Part shown: positions 1 to 10,191 of the stretch, one piece after another
How positions within the stretch are numbered: the stretch's first letter is position 1
How the letters are laid out: every line of letters begins with the position of its first letter
Assembly: GCF_001194135.2 (NCBI RefSeq)
Contig: NC_068989.1
Coordinates: forward strand, 50,354,117-50,394,001
DNA from: Octopus bimaculoides
Taxonomy: Eukaryota
Direction of reading: 5' to 3'
DNA length: 39,885 nucleotides
The notes under the pieces: model-generated
The model's input: the letters and a program-made list of their open reading frames with translations, nothing else
What the model was told of the DNA's origin: nothing
The model's database searches: none
Program-made: the position numbers and the translations under genes

Positions 1-274
1 AACGTCATCTGGAAATAGAGGTAACTCAAAGACCTGGAAATAGAGGTAACTCGAATGTGGAATCTAAAAGCAGAAACAATTCCTATTATAGTAGGTGCCT
101 TAGGTATAATAAAAAAATATTCAGACAAATACATAACAAAAACACCAGGACTTACAAATATATATAACATACAGAAAATTGCACTACTGGGCACAGCACA
201 CATCCTACCCAAGGCGAACAGAGCTGCGCTCGGTAGTGAAGTGAAAGCACGTTATAAAAATAAAACTATTGAAC

Positions 275-345
<71 letters not shown>
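1..345 (+). mobile_element. 3' end of an RLE-type (R4/Dong-like) non-LTR retrotransposon with (TAA)n tail
   Basis: Frame reads KDLEIEVTRMWNLKAETIPIIVGALGIIKK...IQKIALLGTAHIL, the typical end of the restriction-like endonuclease domain. A short 3' UTR and a TAA repeat at 275-345 follow. Confidence 0.85.
275..345. repeat. (TAA)n microsatellite, about 23 units
   Basis: Directly visible perfect repeat between two LINE fragments. Confidence 0.98.
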
Positions 346-348
<3 letters not shown>

Positions 349-760
349 GCTTAGACAGAAAGACAATGAATTTGCTAACTAGATATGGGACACTCCACGT
401 AAAAACTGACGGAGACAGACTCTATGTACTAAGAAAAAGAGAGGGAAGAGGACTTATTGGATGCGATCACAGCATTAGAGCAGAGGAAAACAACATAGCA
501 TGTTATGTAAAAACTGCCACAGAACTGCTATTATTAGAAGTAAGAAGATCAGGCCTGTGTAAGATGGATTGCAAAGATAAAGCACTGTACAAGCAATTGA
601 AAACGAATGAAACTGAAAATAAGTGGCCAAAGAAAAGAATGTAGGGACAATTTGATAGGAATGTTGAAGATAAGACAGAGAAAAAAAAATGGCTGTGGAT
701 GACTAAAAGTGATTTAAAACCAGAAACGGATGCTCTAATCTGTGCTGCCCAAGAGCAACA
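346..760 (+). mobile_element. Fragment of an R4/Dong-like LINE ORF (region after the RT domain), decayed
   Basis: Translates LDRKTMNLLTRYGTLHVKTDGDRLYVLRKR-EGRGL...KKWLWMTKSDLKPETDALICAAQEQ, matching the DRLY..RK.GGRGL and LK.ETE..I.AAQEQ motifs of R4-clade ORFs. Stops and frameshifts are present. Confidence 0.8.
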
Positions 761-1366
761 TTTTACTTATCCGACACTTTCAAATACAAAATCCTTTGTA
801 CTCTTATTAAATGAACAGCACTCAACATTCTCTCTGTATATACATAGAATCCTTAGGCTCATAGTTTCTTTGCAGGCCTCTTTATAATCTATCTTCATTA
901 GCTGTATGGACACTAATTTTTAATATTTAATTTTAATATAAATTTAAATGGTAACTTTAATTTGACTTCAGTTTTTTTCCAATTACACTGGTCTGCATTT
1001 GGGAATTTTTAAATTCATGGATATGATGTTATATATTCTTGGAGTGCTGATTTAAAATATCTGAACCATTTTTCTTGTGAATTTTTAATAAATCGTTACT
1101 TTATTAAAATGAAGCAACTAATCAAGGAAAAGCACGTTCTGTTAGTCTTAAGAACATATGTTTTCCAAACCAACATGAAAAGAACCCGTTCATCATGAAA
1201 TGAATCAGAATTATTGTCAAACCAAATGAATGTAAAAACTATGCTCTTAATGGTTAGCCTACATATTGATTCAAAGGAAGGAGGACCGCTTTGATATCCG
1301 CTTGTGTTGTGCAACGGGACGATCACGTTTCAATGACCAGTAGTAATCCACCATCATGTTGACATT

Positions 1367-2900
1367 CTATTTGCCTTTGTATCGAGTTTCCATGGTGCAA
1401 ACGTCTTGATGGAAACGTTGTCTTTGTTCCTCACTGTAGTCCCCAAATTTCTTGGGGAAATAGTCAAGATGCGAGTGCAAAAAATGCATCTTCACACTCA
1501 TTCTAGACCCAAGTTGTTGGAAACTTGATATCAGGTCTTGGATCATTTTTTTCATATACTGGGGAGCGGATGTTTCTCAAGACGTTTTGGGCAGTCTTCT
1601 TGAAGGAAAACCGGGCATTCACTTCGACACCTGCTAATGCTTCCTCAGAATGCTTGTTTCTCACCAATTCCTTAATCAGAGGGCCAACAAAGGTTCCTGC
1701 TTTTAGCTTGCCTTCATTTATACGAGGAATCTTTGACTCTGGGAACTTGAAAGCAACTCTTTTCTTGTTCGGATTCTTCGCAAAATTTTCCATAAGCCCT
1801 AATTTTGGGGTGGGGATCGGGATTTTGGGATGGCAACATAATTTGGTGGTGGAGGATCAACTAGTGGCACAGCTTTCACGTTGTGACTTCCGGGTAAGAA
1901 GCTGGTTCTTGGTGGCCAGTCTTTTTGTTCATAATACCTGCTGTCTGCTCTACTATCCCAAAGGCACAGAAAACAGGGATACTTAGTGTATCCCCCTTGA
2001 AGACCTAGTAGGAGAGCAATAACTTTTAAATGACCACAAATGAGAAAAATGTGATTATGATACTTGATTGCAGATATTATTTTCTTCATATTTTCGTAAG
2101 TTTCTGGCATTTGGACACTATGGTCAATTGGCACAGATGAAGCTATGTTGCCATTGTAGAGAAGAACAGCCTTTAAAATTCGGTTAGAAGAATCAATGAA
2201 GAGCCTCCATTCATCTGCTTTGCACGACATCCCCATGTGTTCCATAAGGCCAGAAATATTTGAACAGAAAACTAAAGAATCCTCTTTCTCAAAGAACTGA
2301 GTGAATTCCGCTTCCCGATGACGGCACTGAGTGAATGTTGCTCCAAGAACTTGTCTTCCTGCAGCCTAGAGCCAAGTAACTGTACACTTTTTTTCTTTTG
2401 GAAGGTTAAGGTCTCTAACCTAGTCATTGAGTTCAACTTGGTTAAAGAATTTGGGATCGTCATTTGTTGGTGGCTACTTCCATCTCATTAGTGTCACTAG
2501 TATCAGACACAGAGGAAAATTCCCCTGAATCATGTGGCACAGGTACAGGATTATTTGAAGGAATATTTGGGTATATTATGCAATCTTTAGTCTTCTTGTT
2601 GAATCCAAAGTAGCAGTCATCATAGTGGTTCATCTGCTCCCGCCATACCATTGGTACTCCAAAGTGCATACATTTATGGTTTCCAACTGACCACATTTGA
2701 AGCTTACTGATGCAACTCTTGCAAGCTTTGTGGGGCGCAAATGGCTTGTCCTGGTCTCCCAGTTTGCAGCCAAAATAAGCTAAATAGCATCACTTCAACA
2801 AAGGAGTAATATTGCTCCAGGAATCTGAAAGGGTGAATTGCCCGCAGAAATAGCAAAATATATCTGGTGAATCGATGCAGTCTCTAGATATATTCGCAGA
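1367..2900 (-). pseudogene. Transposase pseudogene of the Chapaev3-like element
   Basis: Collinear motifs across frames: CIDSPDIFCYFCGQFT...YFGCKLGDQDKPFAPHKACKSC; FGVPMVWREQMNHYDDCY; WRLFIDSS..LKAVLLYNGN; ICGHLKVIALLLGLQGGYTKYPCFLCLWDSRA; MSVKMHFLHSHLDYFP..GDYSEEQRQRFHQD. Several stops and frameshifts. A splice-acceptor-like TTTTCTTTATTTTCAG lies at 2901-2916 (-). Confidence 0.85.
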
Positions 2901-2967
2901 CTGAAAATAAAGAAAAATATGCATTATTTACATTCGACGGATATTTGTCCTCATCTTGTTTATTGTT

Positions 2968-3013
2968 AACACAACGTTTCGGCTGATATACCCTCCAGCC
3001 TTCGTCAGGTGTC
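2968..3013 (-). ncRNA. Minimal type I hammerhead ribozyme motif
   Basis: Minus strand: GACAC-CUGACGA-a-GGCUG(gagggtatat)CAGCC-GAA-ACGU-U-GUGUU. Conserved core, 5-bp stem II, palindromic ACGU stem III, stem I GACAC/GUGUU. Activity not shown. Confidence 0.7.
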
Positions 3014-3113
3014 TTGGGAAAATTTCGAACCTGGGTTCTCATTCCTAACGATGTTACTATCATTATATTATCATTATTATTACTACTACTACTACTATTA
3101 TTATTATTATTAA

Positions 3114-3194
3114 TCAGGTCGCTGCCGTGAATTGAACTCGGAATCTTGGGGTTAGTAGCCCGCGCTCTTAACCACTAGGTCATATGCCCGTGGG
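3114..3194 (-). ncRNA. tRNA-derived head with Pol III A and B boxes (not a functional tRNA call)
   Basis: Minus strand: cccacgggcatatgaccTAGTGGTTAAgagcgcgggctactaaccccaagattccGAGTTCAATTCacggcagcgacctga. A box at 3168-3177, B box at 3129-3139, followed by TAA/TAG repeats. Confidence 0.7.
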
Positions 3195-3298
3195 AAATTA
3201 TGGAGTGAATTTCAGGGCTTATAAATCTATTATTTTTCTATCCTTCCTCAATACCGGTTCCCATATTCTATTCATATCTACACTCGGTCTGCTTAGGA

Positions 3299-3344
3299 GA
3301 CACCTGACGAAGGCTGGAGGGTATATCAGCCGAAACGTTGTATT
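3299..3344 (+). ncRNA. Second minimal hammerhead motif (inverted copy)
   Basis: GACAC-CUGACGA-a-GGCUG...CAGCC-GAA-ACGU-U-GUAUU. Same core as the first copy, with one mismatch in stem I. Confidence 0.65.
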
Positions 3345-3759
3345 AACAACAAACAAGATGAGGACAAATATCCGTCAAATGTAAATAATGTAAATAATGT
3401 AAATAATGTAAATAATTCCTCATCTCTTGAATATAGAAAAGAAACATATATTAGATCTAACATGTAAGTCAAAATAAAGTAAGCATTTTAATTTATCATT
3501 TAATTACGTTATACAAAAGAGAAAAGTATCGTTTCCGTATAACTTGACAACGTAATGTGATAGAGATGAATAAAAAACACAATGGCTCATTATTTTTCAT
3601 ATATATTCAGAAAAAGATACCATACAGCCAATAAAAAAAAGTCATGCAGACCAGTGTTACCTTTATTAATTTTATTCCTTTAGTTATTTATCTTATATTA
3701 TTTTTGTAGCATTATCTCTTAACCTTTTTATATCACAAATCTTTACTTTACAAGTTTAA

Positions 3760-5330
3760 ATCTATTTCTAGCTACTCACAGATAAGATTTGACTACCCAC
3801 GTCTACACTTGTCTATTATCTTTCTTATGTCCAATTTATTATCTGCAGTCCTCACTCTCATTGACACCCAGCCCTGTAGCTCTAGCATCTGCACTGCTTC
3901 TTCTCTCCCTTACCTGTTGGGCTTTATATTTGCCCACCCCTAACTTCTTTTCATGAGAATGCCAATATCCTTGCCCTTTCCAATCTCTCCATTTAAATTA
4001 CCGAGACAATAATACACCGCTTTATACTGCTTAGTATATATCTACTACGTTGCCCTTATCTCTTTATCTCCCTATCTTTCCTATACCTGAATGCATAATT
4101 TATTCTTCTCCATCTCTCAGGACTGAATAGCCTTTGATATACAAAGCAGTATACGAGGGGGGTACCAAAAAGTCACCGGAACCATTCTCTGTGGGACAAA
4201 CCCGTTGTAGTTCAGGCTTCCGCCGCTAGAAACCACTTGATGTGATTCTCAGGCATCAGTCTGCTGTCCTGCATCTTGCCGTGTTGTCATGCACCCACGT
4301 GGTGCATCTTCCTTTTGTAGTGCTTCTCCCTTTCATGAAATTTAGTTTTCTGCTGAGGAAAACGGCAGCTGAAACAGCTATCCTGATTTAAACAGCTTAC
4401 AAGGTCGCTATCATGAGTAACACACAAGTTTACGAGTGGTTTTCACGCATTAGGAATGGTCACTTGTCGCTTGAAGACCAACCTCGATTAGGACGACCGT
4501 CGACCTCCCGAACGAATGAAAACATCATGAAAATTTATGAACTGATCTTGGAGGACCATTACCAAACCATTGATAAACTAGTTGATATGACTTGTGTGTT
4601 AAGGAAATCCTACCAACGAATTTTGAGCGAGGAATTACGAATGAATAGAGTTGCAGCAAAATGTGTGGCTCGCTTGCTCACGGAAGATCAAAGGCAGTCA
4701 CGACTGAATGAGTGTCGTGAAGTGAAAGAACAGTTGGAAGTTGATCTGGACCTTTTTTTCAAAGACATGACTGGGTGTTTCGAAATTTGTAGATATGGAA
4801 AAGATGAAGCAAAAAAACAACAGAGGCGTTAAAAGGCATCACTTCGAAAGAACTCAGAATTCCAGAACTGCTTTGAATAGTGGAAAACACGCCTGGACCG
4901 ATGCATTACTTAAAATGGAAAATACTTTGAATGCGATGAAAATGTAAACATTTAAAACGAAGTGAATAAAAAAATATCACAAAATTCCTGTTTCTTTTGG
5001 ATGCCCTTCGTATATCTAATACAATGCTTTTACCTCTCTACCTTACTCACACCAGAATGTATTATTTATTTCTCTTCCCAATATTCACACAACTTTGGAA
5101 CAACTAGCTTTCATTCTCCCTTTGGAATGAGTACCCCTCAATATACTGAACAATGTCTAATACATGATTCTTACCTACCTATCTTTTCACTCACCAGAAT
5201 CTATCTTTATTCCATGCATAACGTTGGATCTCCTAGTATTCATGTTCATTTTCCCTCTACATGGAGCACTGCATAACAATTCTTTCCCTCTTCTCACCGT
5301 GCTGTATCACTAAACCATGCATCGATTTAC
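3760..5330 (-). mobile_element. Very old LINE-like relic (APE endonuclease region), interrupted by the mariner
   Basis: Purine-rich minus strand on both sides of the mariner. About 3850-4010 translates LGNLNGEIGKG...GREEAVQMLELQGWV, resembling the GDFN motif region of APE domains. Boundaries uncertain. Confidence 0.3.
4154..5010 (+). mobile_element. Mariner (Tc1/mariner) element, internally deleted
   Basis: TA at 4152-4153 and 5011-5012. Diverged TIRs CGAGGGGGGTACCAAAAAG and (rc) CGAAGGGCATCCAAAAG. HTH region QVYEWFSRIRNGHLSLEDQPRLGRPSTS...VAAKCVARLLTEDQ is joined almost directly to the C-terminal FQNCFE*WKTRLDRCIT*NGKYFECD, so the DD34D domain is missing. Confidence 0.92.
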
Positions 5331-5803
5331 CCAAAGAAGATCCGAGCTAAGTGGATTTAATTAAACCCTCATAATAAACCACAACAAAAGTCGTTGACAA
5401 GGAACATTCTCTTCATATCATCTATATATTTCTTCGATGATGGAATACCCATCTCATAGAGTCTTCGCTCCAGTAGCTGGGATATCCCCAAAACAAGTGT
5501 CAGAGACTATCTTTACCATTTTCTACTGTTTTTTTTTTCATTCGTTTTCTAGCTAAATTTTAGATAGAATTAAATGAAATTAAATGTCCTTGTCCTGTAA
5601 TGCATAACTGTACGTTTTCTTCGCTACTTCAGCCTACACTTACTGACTCAAAGAGGTAGCACCCATAGCTGTCTTTGAACAAGACAATCACACAACTACA
5701 GTTGTTCTATCTGGAATTTTGTTTCCACACATATTTGGGCACTCAGCACACATATATATTAGCTAGAGCCATCCTGGCCGAAACTCCTCATATCCTCTAT
5801 ATA

Positions 5804-5806
<3 letters not shown>

Positions 5807-5873
<67 letters not shown>

Positions 5874-5883
5874 TGCGTGTGTG
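5807..5883. repeat. (GT)n microsatellite
   Basis: Directly visible. Confidence 0.97.
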
Positions 5884-7542
5884 TTTTAATGGATATGAAT
5901 ATACTGAATAATGTACTCGAATGTACTTGTGACTAAAAGACATCTAACAGATTTAGTATTCATGTAGACATCGACAATACTCAAAATAAAATACAATCTG
6001 GATATGTGTAGGTAACATTGTTTCATTATAGAGATACACAGTCATTGCCTGTATAAATTTAGTCAATGTCACACCTCTTGAGACATCATCATCAGGGAAC
6101 AATATCAAAATATTCGTATAACTCTATTAATATGCCCAACACGTGCATCATTTCAAAGCTGTGTGCTAAAATACGGAATATTCATTTAACAGGCCATGTT
6201 ATTTCACATAATGTTTATTTCACGCTTGCAAATCCAAAGAAAATTAAAATATTCATATACATTTACCTAATGCGTGTAACTTGAATTCAGCAAATAGGTA
6301 TTATTTGTTGGATGGAGTGTTCAAGAAAGAGATTAGTTTTGTTAATCCAAAGTTATTTCTATGATGCCTTTTGCTTGCGAGCAAGGACGTTGTCTGCTTG
6401 GAGATGAGTACACTTAGCCTAAGGGGTTTAACAGGCATCAGTTATCAAGATCACTATTGTTTTGTCCAATACTAAGCATACTCACATCGATCTGGCATCC
6501 TTATAAGCAAAGAAATGCAGAAACTGTGGACTGATTTCCATTGAGTGTCTGATTCTTTATTCATTCGTCCATGTCACATATACGTCAACATCCTGATCAT
6601 AAATATAATCTTGTTGGGTGCAGCGTGCAGCGAAATTTGTCGTCGTGTGGAATGTTATACATATTGAGCCATTGAGATAATACAGAAGAGTATCAACCAT
6701 TGAGAAAGAATATTACTGGTGGTTAGGAAAAACATTTTGGGATTCTGATGTTCTGTTTTTGATCTCACTGCAAGAACTTTGTGCAAGTGTCTTCGCGTAT
6801 AGTCACAAGTAAACTCAGACCTTGTTAGTGAAAATGAGAAGACGAAAGGACTCTCCTTATCCATGAATATTGTAATAATTCGCTGCGCAGCTTTTCATCA
6901 TGTGTTGTTCGTGCAAGCACTAGAATTAGATCTCGGCTGGATGATACTGCTGTATTCTGATGAATGTCTTCCTGCTGCAGTTAGCCATGAAGCACAGTTC
7001 CTTCCCTCCTTTCCGTCATCACAGTATAGACTGGTAATTATTGCTGCCCCTACTCATGCTACAAGACCCATAACATACTCTAAATATTTCCACTCTGATA
7101 AGGCTCGTGTGAAAACTATCATCTGATGATAAAATTAAGCAAAACCAACCTGATTTTATAGAGGGAACAGGTTTCGTACAAGGGACATTATATGAGAGAC
7201 AATGTTCAAACAAACATGTTGAGGAAATCAGCAAGAAAGAAACTGTACGGAAGACGAAGAGACGTCTGCGAGAATTTAGACGTAGCAGCAAATACTTCTT
7301 CATCTCACACCAACCTATATACATTAAAATATGTATTATTTTATATGTAATATTTTATATGTAATATGTAATATTTTATATGTAATATTTTATATTAAAA
7401 TATGTCTGGATAAACTATACCTGAAACACAGTACAATAGTAACGATTTGTAGGTACAGGATATTTCATTATGCGACCATAATACGCTATAAAATATATTA
7501 AAAGTTTTTTATAAGTCAATACTACTGTGTTAGCAGTGCACT

Positions 7543-7738
7543 TAAGTCATGCGTTAAGATCATCTCTACAGATTTTTTATAGAAATTATAACCAGCACTG
7601 ATTTTGTTACAACGTTTCGTATCCTAGACGTGAGGAGAAACTCCCGAAATATGGCATATTACGAAACGTCGTAACAAAATCAGTGCTGGTTATAATTTCT
7701 ATAAAAAATCTGTAGAGATGATCTTAACGCATGACTTA
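7543..7738. repeat. 78-bp inverted repeat (77/78 identical) with 40-bp spacer
   Basis: 7543-7620 is the reverse complement of 7661-7738 with one mismatch. Inner ends read GAAACGTT/GAAACGTC. Confidence 0.95.
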
Positions 7739-7744
7739 TAATTC

Positions 7745-9608
7745 TGTTGTGTGGACGCCCCCAGACGATAAGTAGGCTAGTGGACGTGATGGCTTGTCGT
7801 AGAAGCGTCGAGTAGAGACAGAAGCGTCGCACAGATTTTTGAGTTGAGTTGTTGATTTGATTGGACGAGCGATGAGTTATTGTACCTTGAATTTTTGAAA
7901 CTGTTATGTTGTTGGAATTTTATTAATTATTGTTGAATTTGTTTCTTTCTTCCCCATTTTTGGGTGAAGATATGGAAGCTGGCAGTTACGCTGCGGTAGA
8001 AGACAAAAGCCTGCCAGCCGACATGCTGCAACTGAAAGAAGTGAAATTAAAAGACAAAAATGTTAAAAAGTTTAATGAACTGTTCGAAAAGGAGGGGGAT
8101 TGCCTCTAATTAACGCCACGTGTCGACGCTTTACAGAAAGCCGAGCAGAAAATTATAGTTTATCGTACATTGAACGTTGAAACTAAACGTGTGGAGGTGG
8201 AAGGGACTGAAGCCATCGAGGAGTGTATGCGGGAAGTCAAAGAAGTGACCACATTCTGCGCCTGAGGAGGGGAGTGCGGCACGGTGGAGGTATGCTTCGT
8301 GAATGGGGAGGGGGAGGGGGTACTCCACTGTGCCTTTGAGAGCGGCCAAGCGGACGCTCTTACCGACCTGCTGCAGAGAACGAACCGCAAGTGTTGGGAT
8401 GTGGTGTGCCCCCCGGAAATAGGCGAGACATGGCTGGTGGCAGCCATCAGCTATAATTGTGAAAAGGAAGCGGAGGTGATTAAGGTGGAGAAGTCTAATG
8501 AGATAAACTGGAGGGGATATAGGTTAGAAGTCGTGATTCATATAATCTTACCAGACTTGCATAAAATAGAAGAGGAACTGGCTGGTGATCCTCGATGACA
8601 CCCGATTGAGAATCGTGGTGGAGGTGAGACCTCCTATACGTTATAATTGTAGAAGTAGGGGACACATGCAGGAAAAGTGTCCCCATAAACAAAATCAAAG
8701 AATGGAGAACCAGGCAGAGGTGGAAGAAGCAGTAGTAGAGGAGGAAAAGAAGGAGGAAGAAACAGTGGCAGACAGGAAAAGGACAAAGGTGGAGTCACCA
8801 CCAAAATGTCAGAAAAAGAAGAGAAAGGCGGAAAAGGTGCAAGAGAGAAAAGTAGTAGAGAAAAGAGACAACAGTGAAAATCGAACACCAGAACCAGAGC
8901 CAGTAACAAGTAGGAGAAAAGAAATAGACAGAGAGGAGAAATATGCGGATTGGAAAGAGGAAGTAAGGAGGAGAATGGAATATGTGGGGCAAAGAAAGCA
9001 GCCGACTGGACGACACTTAAGAATGATGATAATTTACGATAAGAATGTGGAAATTGAGAAAAAAGATCGCAAAGGTGAAGAATTTAACAAGAGTAAGATT
9101 GGATGAAGAGTTGTTTGGTCGCGAGGAAAGAGCAGTACTGTTGGAGAGAGAGAGAGAGAGTCGAGAAATTGACGGAATTGTTTGGATCAAAAATAAGGAA
9201 AACTGGACTGTACTTTCAGTACGATACACTACCGAATGTTGTCGAATTTGATGACTTGACGGATTACATGCGAGATATGTACAATAGTATAAAATAGTGA
9301 TGAAATTATGATTTATTAGAACAGTAAAATGGAACGGCTTGCTTTGGGGAGCTCGTTCTTTAATTCATTATATTCATATTTCATACGCTTCGTTCTATGT
9401 ACTCCACGTTTTGTGTTGTCTGCCCTCGTATTGACCCGTCTTTGTTCAGGCTTTATTCCTATAATAAAGAAAATAAGCGTCGTGTAGAGTGAGACGGAGG
9501 CGTTGGTAGACTAGACGTCGAGTTCTGTTGAGTCGAGTCATCGGAAGTGAGAGTCCGGTAGTTGAGTAGAGGTACGTTATTGGCGAAGGCACGCTATCCG
9601 ATATAACA
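7745..9608 (+). mobile_element. TG...CA-terminated element with 5-bp TSD, carrying a decayed ORF1/gag-like frame and no RT
   Basis: Starts TGTTGTGT (7745) and ends ATATAACA (9608). AATTC at 7740-7744 and 9609-9613. Removing it restores a diverged tandem unit (ttataatttctataaaaaatctgtagagatgatcttaac / ttataattcctataggaaatctgtggagatgaccttaac). AATAAA at 9463-9468. Confidence 0.8.
7972..9290 (+). pseudogene. LINE ORF1/gag-like nucleic-acid-binding protein with CCHC zinc knuckle, frameshifted
   Basis: ATG at 7972; broken frames continue through ...PPEIGETWLVAAISY...LRIVVEVRPPI. Knuckle (R)YNCRSRGHMQEKC at 8639-8680, with the first Cys decayed TGT>CGT, followed by a long E/K/R-rich tail. Confidence 0.7.
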
Positions 9609-9904
9609 AATTCCTATAGGAAATCTGTGGAGATGACCTTAACACAGTGCAGTAGAACACAGAATATCTAACCGTCCTGTTCGAACTAGTATGGGTTAGT
9701 AACATACAGTGTGCATTCTCTAATTGTTTTTTGCTATGTATGTAGTCTCAAGCATGCATCGGTCTCCCTAATTCTCAGGCTCTCACACTTTGCTCACAGA
9801 CACAGCCAGAGTGAAACAGCTAGAGAAGGAGGAAGCTGCCTTAATACTAGGCTTGCGCGCAATTACAGCTGAATAGAGAATTATAGAATGAAGTGCTATA
9901 CTGA

Positions 9905-9966
9905 AGGACGCATCTGCCGGTCCAGAATTTGAACTCACAACTTTATGATCCTGAGTGACCATGCGA
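9905..9966 (-). mobile_element. tRNA-derived SINE head fragment
   Basis: Minus strand has gttgtGAGTTCAAAttctggaccggcag (B-box-like). Confidence 0.45.
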
Positions 9967-10191
9967 TTTCACGTACCTGAAATAAAGGCGTTATTTGTCA
10001 TTTCAATGTCTTTTATGAAAAGCATGTTTATTCTGAATCAGTCTATGGATAGCCAAAACGTTAAACCTTTCATCGTCCAAATTAAAGAAAATAGTAAGGT
10101 GTATTCTGAAATATGTCTTGTTTTCTGTCTCACTGATACAATATTACAAAATGTCGGGTATCAACTGCATTCTTAGTTTCTAAATAAAACC

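Larger units (their letters stand above)
2922..3440. mobile_element. Nested insertion with 93-bp inverted arms, tRNA-like head and hammerhead motifs (Penelope pseudo-LTR or SINE-like)
   Basis: Arms 2922-3014 and 3298-3390 are near-identical reverse complements. (TGTAAATAA)4 tail at about 3380-3416. Sits upstream of the transposase frame inside the Chapaev3-like element. Right boundary approximate. Confidence 0.75.
986..3656 (-). mobile_element. Chapaev3-like (CMC superfamily) DNA transposon, both ends retained, inactivated
   Basis: Perfect 13-bp TIRs CACTGGTCTGCAT (986-998) and ATGCAGACCAGTG (3644-3656). TTA direct repeat at 983-985 and 3657-3659. Decayed transposase inside. CAC...GTG ends with a 3-bp TSD fit Chapaev3 (family assignment from recalled knowledge, not a database search). 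Confidence 0.85.

Noticed and set aside
1525-1986. 153-aa plus-strand ORF
   Set aside because: Antisense shadow of the transposase pseudogene.
3114-3194. Functional tRNA gene
   Set aside because: No convincing acceptor stem; it is embedded in a repeat with a microsatellite, and a fragment recurs at 28512-28535.
6380-7330. Coding-like island, possibly an RTE endonuclease relic (SGILISKEMQK...VSDSLFIR...VNILII)
   Set aside because: Only short, interrupted resemblance; neither the family nor the boundaries can be supported without a search.
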